Shown here in pieces: positions 29,201 through 39,058 of a DNA stretch of 64,000 nucleotides; position 1 is the first letter of the stretch; every line of letters begins with the position of its first letter. The stretch is from Leptospiraceae bacterium. Its GTDB lineage: Bacteria; Spirochaetota; Leptospiria; Leptospirales; Leptonemataceae. Both the position numbers and the translations under genes were made by a program. Below the pieces are notes generated by a model, which was given only the letters and a program-made list of their open reading frames with translations, did no database searches and had not been told where the DNA came from. The stretch is from the NCBI GenBank assembly GCA_040217195.1, contig JAVJNR010000005.1, positions 512,001 to 576,000 of the forward strand, given 5' to 3'.

Positions 29201-32200
29201 ATAAAGATACGGAGTATTCGCATATTCCTGGACTCGACTTCTAGTATCCAGTTCTTGCTGCGATGCATTCACCTTCTCGAAAAGGCCTGACATCTGATCC
29301 AGGGTGGAGGTATGGTCTTCCATAGCCTCCTGATACCTATCCCGCAGTTCATTGGCCTGCTCTTCTGCCTGCTCGTAGTCCGTTCGGGCTTCTTCATAGT
29401 CCTGTTCGACGGCTACCATAACAGTATTGAAATAGTCCCTCACTGCTCGATCCTGAGACTCCTGTCTTCTGCCGGCCTGAGCATATTCCTTCTGGGCCTT
29501 GCTCCTTGCAGAGAGGGCACTTTGATAAACCTGCTCCGCATTGACCCGATCCTGGGTAAGTCCATCAATCTGGCCTGTGAGAGCTGCATCCCTGACTTCC
29601 AGAGCATTCTTCAGATCCGCAACGTTTTCTTCGTTCTCCAGCAGGGTTTTAAGCTCTTCGTAATCCAGGTTCTCAAAATTATCTGAATTAATGGCCGCAG
29701 TCTCGTCGCCCGCCTCCAGATTCTCTTCGGATTCCACAAGCGCCTCAACGATTGCATCGCTCATCTCCGTTTCCAGAAGTGCATCCTGTTGGTCCTGTGT
29801 TGCCTGTGCCTGACCCAATACAGTTCTCAATGCATTGTGCAATTCGGATACATGGTCCAGGTAGTTGTTCGCCAGGTTCGCATAGTACACACGCTTCATA
29901 TCTTCCAGGCTTTCTACCTCACGACCGTTGTAAGGCATTACAGCCCGGATTGCCGGAGACCGGACTTCCAGGTCTGTGTCTTCACCGTTTTCCCAGATAC
30001 GACTATCGTCTACTGTCTCTGGATCCGCGCCCTGGGAAGGTGGATCGCTGGCAAGGATCTCCTCCCAACCATCCGAATCAAACAGGTTGTCCATGTTTCG
30101 GCCCTGAAGATCTACTTCTTCTACTTCAATGACAGCCGTTCCGGTCAGGTCTGCGAATTGCTGGAACTCCGTATAATCTTCCGGCTGCCCAACCGTAAGA
30201 CTGAGATGATCGGGCAATCCATCTTCAGCCGCAGCATCCCAGGAAGACTCTGCACGAATTTCTGGAGGACCCAGTCCATCTTTTGGAATCCAAACCGTTT
30301 CGCCGGCAGCCACCTTTTCCGTAATAGCGTCCAGAATTGGTCGGTCATTTCCTTCCAGATCCACAAAGATTCCAGGATTGTAGCTGCGCAGATAGTCGCG
30401 ATAGGAATTCAGCTGAGACTGACGTTCGGCCCCCACATAGGTTCTATAGTTCACAAAGCGATTCACTGTAAGATTTTCTTCGCCGTTGGAATCTGTAATC
30501 GATCCCCGAAGATCCGCAAACTCCGAAAGCCTGCTTGCAATCTTAAAATCTCTATCCGCCTGCCTGGCCAGACTCTCCAGTGCTTTGGTATCACTTCGAA
30601 GGTAGCCTCCCATGATCTCCATAATAAATGCAGAACCTTTGCCGGATTCGTCCAGACGCTCCTGCATTAAATCCACGCCACTTGTGGTTCCGGAGGACAG
30701 ATCCACTCGCAGGCGATTCTGTTTACCCTGACTGTTCTCAATCAGGGAATCCAGTTCGTCGCGCTTCGCATCGCTGATTGCATATTCGCCCATATAGGTT
30801 CGCCACAGAGATGCCTGATCCAGTATCCCCGCTTTGAACTGCGGGCCAAGACGGGAAATAAGATACTGAATTCCGTCCGCCACATCGGCACTGGAGAGTA
30901 TAGCTGGCAATCCTCCAGAAAGAGCTGCCTCATCCCCGCTTTCGAGAATGGCAGAAATCAAAGCTCGCCCCAGAGCCTGACGATTCTCTTTGAGAAGTTC
31001 AAAGTCCGCATCGCTCAACCTCTGAGAGAAATATCCCAGAGCCATGGAACTCATAGCCGGGATGGTTCCGGACTGAGCCAGATTCTGCATGGCCGAATGA
31101 TTCAGTGAGGTGGCTGCCTTATCGCTTCGTAGCTGAAGTTCTTCAGTTAAAAGCTCATCCTCATGCAGCACAGTCTTCAGTTCATCAAAGTCAGATTTCT
31201 CTTCAGCGCTGAGACTGTTGTAGAAATCGCTGTTTGCTCCGGAAGCTTTTTCAAGCAGACTCTGGACCAGATCGCCTCTCTGATTCAAATAATACGTAAA
31301 CAGCGGACTATCTTTGAAATCTGGATTTCCTTCCAGAGCCTGAGACACAGCGCCGCTAAGAGCATTTAGATCCCCCCCATGATCTTCTAAGAAGGCCTGA
31401 TGAATGAGCAGATCTCCCTCGGTGGGAAAGAAGTCCTCTGTAATGGCAGCTCTTTCTGTTTCTACGATAGCTGTCTGTAGATCGGCTCCGCCCACACTCT
31501 GATACGCAATATCCTGATTAATGTAGGATCGCACAAAACTCAGGGCCGGTTCGTTTAGGTGTTCGTAGCCAGTATCGGCCAGAATGCGATCCGTCAGTAG
31601 ACTATTCGCTAACTCGGATTTGCCATAGGTAATATCTGATACCGGGTGTCCGCCGGTTTCGAGAAGTGCAAGGATCTCTACAAAGTTCTCTTCGCCTCCC
31701 GAATCCGCCTGCGAAGAATCTGTAAGGGCCTCAGCCATAGCCAGATAATCCGAATGATTGGCCAGTATGTCTGCGAATTCATCTGGCAGCACATTGAATT
31801 CATCTGGCACAGGATCGTTTAATTCACCGTCCAGGAACCTCTGATACAGGGCTCCCGGAAGAAGAGAGTTCGCCTCCAGCTCCTGTCGCTGAATCTCAAA
31901 ACCCAGGTCTTCTAGGTAGGCTGTTTCATCTGTAGAGGCGATTCTCTCTCGCAGGCTTTTTCCATTTACGGAATAGGCCGGATCATCCAGAAACTGCTGG
32001 AATAGTACTGCGAAGGACTCCTTCTGTTCGGCTATGGTAGAGCCGGTAACGGTCTTATCTGCCAGAAAGTCCTTCAGTCGAAGACCAAAGATGTAATCCT
32101 GAAAATCTGCGCTGTATTCGCTTTCATCTGCCTCCAGCAGATTGTCTGGAAAGTCCGTGCCGGCCCTTGCATCTGCCTCGGCCTTCATTTCATTCCACTG

Positions 32201-35200
32201 GCGAACGGCCAGAATCTCATTTAGCAGGCCTGTTTGACGGGGCTCCATCTTTCTGGATTCAAAATAGGCCCCCAGGATTTCACTGTTCGAGAATCCAGAA
32301 AGACTGCTGAAAGCATCGAAGTCAGTTAGCGCAGAAGCATTATCCAGAAATGCATGAAAGTCCCGGGCCAGAATCTGCTTTTGAAAGAATACAGGGATTC
32401 CGTTCAGGTTAAGTCCAGGTCGTTCTTCCTCAGATACACTACCCGGTAGATCCTGTCCTTCCAGAAAATCCTGATAGCGCTTTTCGGCCAGCTCGCTGCC
32501 CCGAACCACCAGTAGATTGACGAATTCCTCTGGATAGCTTTCTGGATTGAAAGCCTCTTTGCTGGATTCGGAGTTAAAGCTTTGCAGCGCTATGATAAAG
32601 GCTTTCTCTTTCTGAGTATCGGTGAGCGCAGCCAGTTCCCCATCCCAGGCCCCGTTCTTTCCGTCTTCACCTTTGAGATACGAAAAGAGCATCTGAGCGG
32701 TGAGAGCCGCCTGCATCATTTCATCCAGGGAGGAAGTCAGACTAGACTTCGCATCGTTCAATTCTTGAATGAGAGCAGCCTTCAGAGCATCGCCAGTGAG
32801 TTCCGGCTCATTTACCATTATTTCCATGATAATGCTTCTGGACAGGGAACCAGAAGCCAGTTCCGGAAGTTTAGCCGTAAGCAGACTTCGCAAAGTCTCA
32901 TCGCTGTCTGGATCGCTGGGCGATTCTTCCTGCCCCTCGGACTCCTTCAATGTCTCCAGGGAGCCGCTATCCGCCAGATTTTCAATCCTGGATATGGCAA
33001 TTTCAAAGTCCACATTCTGACTCTGATTCAGATAGTACTCTGGATCTCTTTCTGCTTCAAAGTCATTGCTCGGGTTCAGCTCTGCCTGAAGCTGTGATTG
33101 AAAACTGGACAATGCAGAAGCCAGAACTTGATCCGCTTTATAATTTCTCAGTAGCTCATGGGCATCTTCGTAAAGCGAAAGCCTTTGCGCTATGGCTTCC
33201 GGCACATCTGTTTTCTCATCTCCGTCTACATTTCTACGAGCTTCTTCTTCCAGAAGCTCAAAGTTCTCCTGAGAATCCAGAATCGCAAGTATGGCCGATG
33301 GAGAGGCACCGTTTTGCAATGCTTCCATTAGCTGATCTTCAAAGCCTTTCCAGGCAGGAAGGACTTCCTGAAGATGAGCGGAGTTTCGCTTCATGCGATC
33401 CGCCCGATCTTTGATCTCTTCCACAGAAGAGTCCCGCATATCTATGATTTCACGAGCCGCAGCCACCTCGATTAGATGCCCCTGAAGCATCATGATGGCC
33501 GCCTGCATCTCCTCAGACAGGCGTCCGCTGTTGTCTGGATTGGATGCATAGTCCAACAGGTTCTCGGACAGAGCTTCCAGAACAGGCCCTGGCAGGCTTT
33601 CATTCAAGACACCTGCAATATCATCGATGGACTCAACATCGGTGAGTCCCAGAGATGCGAAATCATCAGATATCAGAAAGGTATCGCCGCTCTTGCGTGC
33701 CTCGCCGCGAATATCAGGAACAAAAACTCCCAGAGCCAGTCCCAGGGTTTCAATTACAGGAACTGGGTCCTGATTCTGATTATTGTCCTGATCAAGAATC
33801 TGTCTTTTCTGCTGATCCTCGTTCAGTTGCTTCATTTCCTCTTCGAAGAAACCGCTAACTGCATTCATGAACTGAGAGCTACTGCCTTTTCCCTGCTTCA
33901 GTTCCTGTAGATAAGCACTCAGCCTGCGAATCTCAGCCTGACGAGCCTCCACATCTGGCTTCGCTGCATCGATTATATCCTGGAGTTCCTCTATGCGCTC
34001 TTCCAGAACGGCCATGTCGGAAGCATACTTCGCTTCCAGGTTCCCTCGTTCTGTGGCATCGGCAGCGCCATCGATTGCTTCGCGCATTTCCAGAAGTTGA
34101 GTGCGAAGAAGATTGATCCTGGCCTGAGTTTCCCCGTATTCCGGATGGGCTTCCGCCAGTTCTTTTTGAGCTTTATGAATCCGGCGGGTTAGATTCTTCG
34201 CTTCTTCTCTTTCAAAAATGAGTTCGAAATCTGTGTCCAGTTGATCCAGGTCTCTTTGAATTAAATCTCGAATCTGATTTAAATCTCTTCTTAGATAAGT
34301 GCTGTTGCCAGTGCGAATTCCACTGTAGCCCAGTAACAGTTCTCGCTCATCGGTATTGAGTCCGTAAAAAACATCTTCTATGTTTGCATCATCCGAACTC
34401 AAAACAGTATCCAGAGTATCCCGTAGATCTTCTCGTTCGGTTCTAAACTCCGTTACCCAGGCATCGCCGCTGGATTCTGGCTTGCTGTTTTCGAACTCCA
34501 GCCAGTAAGTGGAGCTCTCTTCCACACGATCCAGTTGTGCAAGCAATGCATCCCACCGTTTTTCTTTGGGTGTGGGATCATCCGAGTCCGGCTCTTCGTT
34601 GGCCGCATCGATCAGATCCCGGCTGTCTATGATCCAATCCTTACTGAATCTAAGAGAGGCGACGGTTTCGCTTGCTTCCGGATCCTCTCCGTCTGCGGTA
34701 ACATCGGTCACAGCGGTAGCGATGTCGGAGTCGCTGGCTGCAATCATGGCGCTGTAGGAATTCCCGCGATGATCTGTAAGGAATTGCTTTAAATCACCGG
34801 CAACGAGTTCTGCAAATTCCAGCATATCATCTCGAAGCTCTTCGCTTCGATCCTTCAATTCATCATTTGTGGGAACCTCGCTTTCGTCCGGCTCTCGATC
34901 CAGCTTTTTGAGTAGCGCCAGCCGAACAGCCTCCTCTGTAGACTTTAGAACGTCCTGAAGTCGGGTGATGTCCTTCTCCAGATCCGCAAGAGCTCGCTGC
35001 TTCTGGTCCTCGGCATGGGCTTTTTCTTCCGCATTCACATCTTCGTCGTCGATGGTTTCTTGAAGAGACTCCAGAAGGTCCAGGCGGCCCTGAAGCGAAC
35101 TGAGTGCGCTGGAGACCGTAGGACTTGCTGCTTTTGCAATATCCTCTTTGATCTCCAGAATAGCCTCGGCCCGGGCCTGAACATTTTCCGGCGCAGGGGC

Positions 35201-38200
35201 TCCCTGGGGATAGTCCTCCGAGCTTTGCAGATCTCGCAGGGCTTCACCGGCTTGCACGGTATTGTTCAAAGCTTCTACAAGTCCCAGTGCCTGCCTGGTT
35301 TGCTCTCGATTGTAGGCGCTTTCGTTCTTCTCACGAATGGTATCAAAATAATCGTCTTTCGCGGATTCCACCTGAGTTTGTAGAGGTATATCTGCTGCAT
35401 CCTCTACACTTTTCATCTGAGTCATCACAGCTCCCAGAGCACTGGCTGCGTTTCGCAGCTCTATCTGGATCAGTTCCTGAGCTTCGCCAGAATTCTGAAT
35501 CTCCAGATCTATTCTGGCCTGCTTGTAAGCTTCCCTGGATTCATTCAGGCGCTCTTCTGCCAGACGGAGAGTATCCGTAGTGGATTCCAGATCGTCTTTC
35601 AGATCTCCCAGGGCATCACTTCTCTGCTTTAGATTGGGCTGCGAAAGAGCGGTCCGAATAAGCTCCCGCTCTTCTGAATAGTTAAACTCTCCGGCCAGCT
35701 TTTCCATTTCCAGAGACAGAGCACGGGCCGTTCCATGCAGAGCTTTCCATCGGTTGGCAAGTGTGGATGCACTTGCATTTCCGGATAGTATCTCATCTCG
35801 AAAGGATTGCAGTCGGGAGCGAAACGGAAGCAATGGATGGGCGGAAGCATCGTCGCCACTGAACTCAGCCAGTAGAGTTCCGAGCTCTGCCAGCATTTCG
35901 TTTACATCATCTACGTCCGGAACCGTTTCTGCATCCAGTCCAGCCACATCGGAGATAAAGTCTGAACTGGACTGTAGATTTTCGCCTCTGGCTGCATACA
36001 GCTCAAAGTCTGTTTGTTCTTGAATAAGTTGTTCAATTAGTGCTTCATAAGCTGCTGGATCTGCGTCCGGATCCATGCCCTGGAGCTGAAGGGCCAGAGC
36101 TCCCGCTTCCCCGGCCGTTACATCATAGGCCAGCTGAAGTAGATCTGTTTTTGTCTTACTGGCCTGTACTCTCCAGTCTGTAACCGCAGCCATTTCCAGG
36201 CCGGCTCCGTGTTTTTCGGCTATATCTGCGTAATGTTTTACTCTACGAGCTCGCTCCAGTCTCTGAGCCTGACGATCCCGTTCCCGACGAAGGACTTCCC
36301 ATTCGTATTTCGCATCGGTCATCAAGTAGGGATCATTGGCATTACCCGTAATGTGCTGCCGATACAGTCCATCTTCCAGTTTTCCCAGGATCAGTTCCCG
36401 AAGACGCAGATCCTCCTCTGTGGACTTGTTGAAGAACTCGCTAGCTATGGCTGTTTTGATATCTGCCAGTGCTTGCTCTCGTAATTGCTTCGCAGCCTGA
36501 TCTTGCGCGGATCCTTCTTCTACATCTTCCGGCCAGAGTTCTTCTGCTCCGCCTTTCTGCTTGATAATGTCATTGATGAGCTTCGTGATTTCAATACCAT
36601 GTTCCAGATATTCCTTATCTAGACCGGCAACCAGCTCACGTATCTCCTGGATGCTGTCCATAGCTTCATAATTGAAGTCCTGGCTGTTCTGTAGCTCCTG
36701 CGCTCGCTCTACAAAGAGTCTGTTGGAGCGAATGTCGCTTTCCATGTCTCGCACATACAGAGCGTAGTTGGTTCGATTCTCTTCGTTCGCGAGCCAGTTC
36801 AGGAGCTTTTCTCGAAACGTCTCTTCGTCGAACTCTTCCAGTTCCTCTCTTAAATCCTCACCGAACTGCCGCTGATCATTCAGTAATCCAGAGGAAGAGT
36901 CTTCCGAATACAGAGTTCCATGCAATTCTTCCTGGGCTCGAAGCAGAATCAATTCGAATCGATCGATGGACTCAGCCATCTCCTGCTCTTCCTCTGTATA
37001 GAAATCCTTGAGTCGATCATTGTTCGTGGATGAGTCTCCCAGTAGCTCCAGAAGCTCCTGGTAATAGGCCTGGGCCTCCTTCGCTTCCAGAAGAGCTGCT
37101 CCGCCTCCGCGAACCATACTTGCCAGCTGTTCGGAAGAACCATTCCAGCGATCCCTTTCCTGATCTATGTAATCCTGAAGATCTGCCTCGGCCTGTGCAC
37201 GATTCTCCTCGAATTCCTGATATTTCGCTGCGTATTTCGCCCGGCCTTCTTCGATCTTTGTTCGTACAGCCTCAAGCCAGTCATCTCTCGCGCTTTTGAG
37301 CTTCTCGTGTTCTTCTTTCCAGATTTCTTCGGCTTCTGCGCGAGAGGTCTTTGTGGCTTCCATCCAGACAAGCCGATCCTGATACAGATCTTCTTCTGCT
37401 TCTTCGAATACCTGAAGCCCCTGGCTGATAATCTCCTCAACCTGTCTCTGATACTCCAGAGGATCCGGACTGCCTTCTTGAGAATTCAGAGCTTCTTCGC
37501 TCTGCTCCAGCAGGGCTGCGGTTTGCTCTTCTACCTGGATTTGCGCATTTTCTATAGCCTGATCGCCAATCTCTTCTGCGGAACCGGATTCGCTCTGCAC
37601 TTTAGCGCTGAGATCATCCGATCGTTTCAGAGCTATGTAGCGGTTCTTGGCTTTAAGAAGATAGAAATGCTCACGCATCTCAAACTTATTTCGAATCTCC
37701 GCTTCTTTCTCTGCAATGGCCTGGTCCAGAGCTTCAATCTGGGTATCGTCCAGAGGACCTATGTTGTCTCTTGCTTCCGCAATCCTGGCTTCCAGGTCCG
37801 TTTCAAAAGCCTCAACAAGGCTTTCATTCAATCCTTCTACAAGACTCTCCCAGCTATCCAGCTCCAGTTCCGGATTATTCTCGAAGGCAGCCTCCGCGGT
37901 GGAAATGATCTCTTGATACTCCTGTTCCGATATCTCAAGGCCTTCGATATTCTCTTGCTTTACACGAAAATCCGCTTCCCGTTCTAATATTAGCTGCGAA
38001 GCTTCCGTTTCCCAGTCTATACGGGCTGTTTCATATTCTGTATCCAGAGCATCCAGTTCTTCTTCTTGCTCATCCTCATCCAGATCGTCTTCACGAATAC
38101 GATCCTGGCGATCCTGAATCTCCTCAGCCGCATCTTCTTCCCAGTCTGCTTTTAGTGATATGAGACCTGCCTGTACATAGCTCCGCCACTGATCCAGATC

Positions 38201-38359
38201 CTGCATATTTGTGGCGCGATTCAGATAGCTTTCCAGAGCCTTCTTATCTTCGCCATCGAAGTCTCGGAATGGTTCAGCAACGAGGCCGGGAGGGAAAACA
38301 AAGATGGTAAGAAAATTAAGGATCAACCAGAAGCTTATGGATTTTTGAATCCAGTTCAT
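23252..38359 (-). CDS. Giant secreted alpha-helical protein (5035 aa), TIGR04388-like; candidate polymorphic toxin carrier
   Basis: 15.1-kb ORF; Sec-type leader MNWIQKSISFWLILNFLTIFVFPPGLVA; long acidic coiled-coil regions; Gly/Ala-rich hydrophobic and basic C-terminal part. The family label comes from recalled N-terminal similarity only. Confidence 0.75.
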   Translation of the reverse strand: MNWIQKSISFWLILNFLTIFVFPPGLVAEPFRDFDGEDKKALESYLNRATNMQDLDQWRSYVQAGLISLKADWEEDAAEEIQDRQDRIREDDLDEDEQEEELDALDTEYETARIDWETEASQLILEREADFRVKQENIEGLEISEQEYQEIISTAEAAFENNPELELDSWESLVEGLNESLVEAFETDLEARIAEARDNIGPLDDTQIEALDQAIAEKEAEIRNKFEMREHFYLLKAKNRYIALKRSDDLSAKVQSESGSAEEIGDQAIENAQIQVEEQTAALLEQSEEALNSQEGSPDPLEYQRQVEEIISQGLQVFEEAEEDLYQDRLVWMEATKTSRAEAEEIWKEEHEKLKSARDDWLEAVRTKIEEGRAKYAAKYQEFEENRAQAEADLQDYIDQERDRWNGSSEQLASMVRGGGAALLEAKEAQAYYQELLELLGDSSTNNDRLKDFYTEEEQEMAESIDRFELILLRAQEELHGTLYSEDSSSGLLNDQRQFGEDLREELEEFDEETFREKLLNWLANEENRTNYALYVRDMESDIRSNRLFVERAQELQNSQDFNYEAMDSIQEIRELVAGLDKEYLEHGIEITKLINDIIKQKGGAEELWPEDVEEGSAQDQAAKQLREQALADIKTAIASEFFNKSTEEDLRLRELILGKLEDGLYRQHITGNANDPYLMTDAKYEWEVLRRERDRQAQRLERARRVKHYADIAEKHGAGLEMAAVTDWRVQASKTKTDLLQLAYDVTAGEAGALALQLQGMDPDADPAAYEALIEQLIQEQTDFELYAARGENLQSSSDFISDVAGLDAETVPDVDDVNEMLAELGTLLAEFSGDDASAHPLLPFRSRLQSFRDEILSGNASASTLANRWKALHGTARALSLEMEKLAGEFNYSEERELIRTALSQPNLKQRSDALGDLKDDLESTTDTLRLAEERLNESREAYKQARIDLEIQNSGEAQELIQIELRNAASALGAVMTQMKSVEDAADIPLQTQVESAKDDYFDTIREKNESAYNREQTRQALGLVEALNNTVQAGEALRDLQSSEDYPQGAPAPENVQARAEAILEIKEDIAKAASPTVSSALSSLQGRLDLLESLQETIDDEDVNAEEKAHAEDQKQRALADLEKDITRLQDVLKSTEEAVRLALLKKLDREPDESEVPTNDELKDRSEELRDDMLEFAELVAGDLKQFLTDHRGNSYSAMIAASDSDIATAVTDVTADGEDPEASETVASLRFSKDWIIDSRDLIDAANEEPDSDDPTPKEKRWDALLAQLDRVEESSTYWLEFENSKPESSGDAWVTEFRTEREDLRDTLDTVLSSDDANIEDVFYGLNTDERELLLGYSGIRTGNSTYLRRDLNQIRDLIQRDLDQLDTDFELIFEREEAKNLTRRIHKAQKELAEAHPEYGETQARINLLRTQLLEMREAIDGAADATERGNLEAKYASDMAVLEERIEELQDIIDAAKPDVEARQAEIRRLSAYLQELKQGKGSSSQFMNAVSGFFEEEMKQLNEDQQKRQILDQDNNQNQDPVPVIETLGLALGVFVPDIRGEARKSGDTFLISDDFASLGLTDVESIDDIAGVLNESLPGPVLEALSENLLDYASNPDNSGRLSEEMQAAIMMLQGHLIEVAAAREIIDMRDSSVEEIKDRADRMKRNSAHLQEVLPAWKGFEDQLMEALQNGASPSAILAILDSQENFELLEEEARRNVDGDEKTDVPEAIAQRLSLYEDAHELLRNYKADQVLASALSSFQSQLQAELNPSNDFEAERDPEYYLNQSQNVDFEIAISRIENLADSGSLETLKESEGQEESPSDPDSDETLRSLLTAKLPELASGSLSRSIIMEIMVNEPELTGDALKAALIQELNDAKSSLTSSLDEMMQAALTAQMLFSYLKGEDGKNGAWDGELAALTDTQKEKAFIIALQSFNSESSKEAFNPESYPEEFVNLLVVRGSELAEKRYQDFLEGQDLPGSVSEEERPGLNLNGIPVFFQKQILARDFHAFLDNASALTDFDAFSSLSGFSNSEILGAYFESRKMEPRQTGLLNEILAVRQWNEMKAEADARAGTDFPDNLLEADESEYSADFQDYIFGLRLKDFLADKTVTGSTIAEQKESFAVLFQQFLDDPAYSVNGKSLRERIASTDETAYLEDLGFEIQRQELEANSLLPGALYQRFLDGELNDPVPDEFNVLPDEFADILANHSDYLAMAEALTDSSQADSGGEENFVEILALLETGGHPVSDITYGKSELANSLLTDRILADTGYEHLNEPALSFVRSYINQDIAYQSVGGADLQTAIVETERAAITEDFFPTEGDLLIHQAFLEDHGGDLNALSGAVSQALEGNPDFKDSPLFTYYLNQRGDLVQSLLEKASGANSDFYNSLSAEEKSDFDELKTVLHEDELLTEELQLRSDKAATSLNHSAMQNLAQSGTIPAMSSMALGYFSQRLSDADFELLKENRQALGRALISAILESGDEAALSGGLPAILSSADVADGIQYLISRLGPQFKAGILDQASLWRTYMGEYAISDAKRDELDSLIENSQGKQNRLRVDLSSGTTSGVDLMQERLDESGKGSAFIMEIMGGYLRSDTKALESLARQADRDFKIASRLSEFADLRGSITDSNGEENLTVNRFVNYRTYVGAERQSQLNSYRDYLRSYNPGIFVDLEGNDRPILDAITEKVAAGETVWIPKDGLGPPEIRAESSWDAAAEDGLPDHLSLTVGQPEDYTEFQQFADLTGTAVIEVEEVDLQGRNMDNLFDSDGWEEILASDPPSQGADPETVDDSRIWENGEDTDLEVRSPAIRAVMPYNGREVESLEDMKRVYYANLANNYLDHVSELHNALRTVLGQAQATQDQQDALLETEMSDAIVEALVESEENLEAGDETAAINSDNFENLDYEELKTLLENEENVADLKNALEVRDAALTGQIDGLTQDRVNAEQVYQSALSARSKAQKEYAQAGRRQESQDRAVRDYFNTVMVAVEQDYEEARTDYEQAEEQANELRDRYQEAMEDHTSTLDQMSGLFEKVNASQQELDTRSRVQEYANTPYLYASADSSVANGYGSSNTEYSAEGGIEEAGDESEEVSGESIDAYELHSEDADEAFERALAAYNSTQRQFKEAGFDVLLQDDLDDFSRVAQLRKDGNDLLDDELEEEDQERLTELQESKHSDFEGHQPYEVIRELFGQLSIEQLQEIAELGADPDDWELSDGLEQYREELEEIHGFNPGFLDSDDEEDAPEWQIAEEAELYLLTLRDLNERYGELIDARAEYIFHTQRTVRLEKAATLVQAEIDKRKAVVQKAKARFQEKLNQNFGDMTGPGSDGERKNARDFVYRMISNELPPLDPDGDSEVVVNLGAEYSSWFYGAGTVAREINRSIWGGNLDPTQYQWSSMQQLVAATGLSRWESKSAKEREAIRTWMKAGGATALGYENYVPVHMNWLQSLGHLDRAIKENQITRSIWLPVLYKSATEAVLGAFVGSSHSVAVYRQAAKMLSQGEARLVLQQINSVVASLNVGRVGDNTKVAEVRRAELRYQRAQANLDYLTKAPNLRIMKKRLRDFGNVLGYEITEGELNYLYDSDPNQASLNPDDQDDALNISKLSEQAKCFGSTGRRHSCDSTNSKEGGLHENDLTGDGVQVIQPNVQINLESQATQRPEISAEAETEEVYNLGRLLSSMVRHGNALRSEAKSQYIEKGRTAEPQFALSERSRTIHKLLKWASGSGIIATGKSHGGREFQGFRTVFQDQLENAKSIQQRELEQRSKLQKESWKAREESLKHTKELWEQRMETIMDRGQDQWATAENAFLARWHDARSEEEQRIRVAEDRWNTRIENHHAEKAAWENRLRKELAKKTIRENLGAEIDELNAQIRSHRSSLKSDLPTIDRAATINDAVEEVSRQSLNRESLESINESIERFDSNVKLQMESRGLGAPDTFDLMKDFRQELDHHNNRMKVLARIQVLEEYRNLIDKFVESIQKRNKSYRNRTESAALSSGFVRMDGVFLKKGLGGRNVGLVNPVNPFDIQGKADRFKADSEIFSSRPEFRTLMNSVSKPEFDAILHTEKLKAQNWMQGIAGSTREKVSRARSRDCDVLGDFGCWMGRAPDGKASLMADQMAGKDVSSYHAANQHSGVTAMIHQFAGGLGELGGESRPGQPGIPGFYLQMKFMNEQVSRKSSENIAKRGPFIDPITGAMNKAQLGSVQAYHDLEVGTRVYGRNRGKLIRAGGLVLGATAVQAGAIYLDGGASLGLYSAGAGILTAGIKADVRTGRSTYEFTTGDLVARASEMGSSLVPKGWAQVASALGAGIGAARAEYQRGNHDGRALGKGILSGLTSYGISAAASGNQMTGSKPLIQGSENGFGTGFRNSILNSMTGSLVDSTWELGRRSLGLDHSYNASVSPGLKSWTSIVGGALNAGLGQELKAQANRDKEKRLRKAWKEAKRTRDESGKQTVLDIFLGATRDEEKARKLARRFNEAYGKASVRKAIKVRSRQLGRSSREGKLSSAADVAAAEIVKHGDRNIQEECYIEIDRLSQAAGMSVAEATELVIRKYGGDPTRVLSEQNLQNLGAMDKEWSDLMTGPAPDTVGRQPGPWETFGAIQSGIKEGGDSVGVDSSHPLARIVRAKQMHKHYGAKKTEFLYQGTNIYAPAKVGQSHAYQLKERMRDRLRKSMNKRFGKGSYQEYLIYRKHMQEALDRYDLGEGFQAHGFKDRFKGTERFLKYWLREGIQRTKYLVNDKSWDQITREQKAFEARLDQKAADRKERLRAKIATVLKGNGLETGAILGAEIQTRYKRGMVHYEIAEMVTTELITLGAMKAFTAGKLAYRGYKAARLGSNAHKLRLGMGAFNKFRKSSMAARIGSTAPGRAILNKVYRNKYTLNSMAINGATSGAAKIPLDMTVASMQGEEYTLSDAYSSFGQGFFTGAGSSAIGGTRLLNDTGKIIGNGAFLGLNEIYQTMPEHGWGMGSERFTRTLIQAGFGMGSQALGIYGTRGSAPLTRFEYSYKGRQANDWLQGTVTPMPFDLANDAFWEVAWPRIQ

Positions 38360-38470
38360 GAGACGCTCTCCAAAAAAGAATTATTATCGAGCGTCGCTAT
38401 ACGAGCGAATGTTGAGCCTAAATGGCAAAAGAGCGAAAAGGGCAGGATTCGAGCGCAGTGGCTCGACTTC

Positions 38471-39058
38471 TCAGGGCCGCATACGATTTTTCCCGGTCAC
38501 CTTCTCATCGGATGAACTGGCCGACGTTTGTTTCTGTGAAAGCAACCTGGACAGCAGGATTCTCAACCCTTCCATTATATCGGACCGATTCACCGACTTC
38601 AATTCTTCCTGATGCAACGATCCTTGAGCAACCGTAGAGCCCCGAACTAGATCCAGAATCTCAAGAGAAATAGTAATCGAAAACGTTCTGCGAATCAAAG
38701 TCTCCTCTGGTCGAATGTCTAATTCGCCGCGCAACCAGTATCGACCAATGTAACTTCGATTAAGCATCAATAGCCCCTTTCTGTTAAGAAAACCATCAGA
38801 AGTTCGAAACCGATCCATATTCGCATCCAGAACCCGGGGATCCACTCCGCGTCGGCGCAGGGAAAAAATTAAACTGGATAAAAGAGAGGATCTATCAATA
38901 AACCTGGACGAAAGGCCTTGCATGGCGATATTTCCCAGACCGATTCTTCTGGTCTCCGGCGGGTTGTCCGAAAACCAGAATCGGGAATTCCAGTCCCGAC
39001 ATCCAATCATCAAAAAAACGCATAGCAATGACAGAACGATTCGCTTTAGTGACAACAT
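38471..39058 (-). CDS. Lipoprotein, possibly CsgG/LpoB/TolB-N-like fold
   Basis: Lipobox LMIGC; alpha/beta pattern ending ITISLEILDLVRGSTV; overlaps the upstream gene. Confidence 0.6.
   Translation of the reverse strand: MLSLKRIVLSLLCVFLMIGCRDWNSRFWFSDNPPETRRIGLGNIAMQGLSSRFIDRSSLLSSLIFSLRRRGVDPRVLDANMDRFRTSDGFLNRKGLLMLNRSYIGRYWLRGELDIRPEETLIRRTFSITISLEILDLVRGSTVAQGSLHQEELKSVNRSDIMEGLRILLSRLLSQKQTSASSSDEKVTGKNRMRP

Noticed and set aside
24671..37987. Long plus-strand ORFs (e.g. 24671-25372, 29789-30670, 37307-37987)
   Set aside because: They are antisense to the giant gene, F/L/I-rich as expected from the complement of E/K/D codons, and carry no recognisable motifs.
23252..38359. Phage tape-measure protein, CdiA, RHS or RTX protein
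   Set aside because: It has a signal peptide, no phage genes nearby, and no haemagglutinin, YD or GGxGxD repeats.
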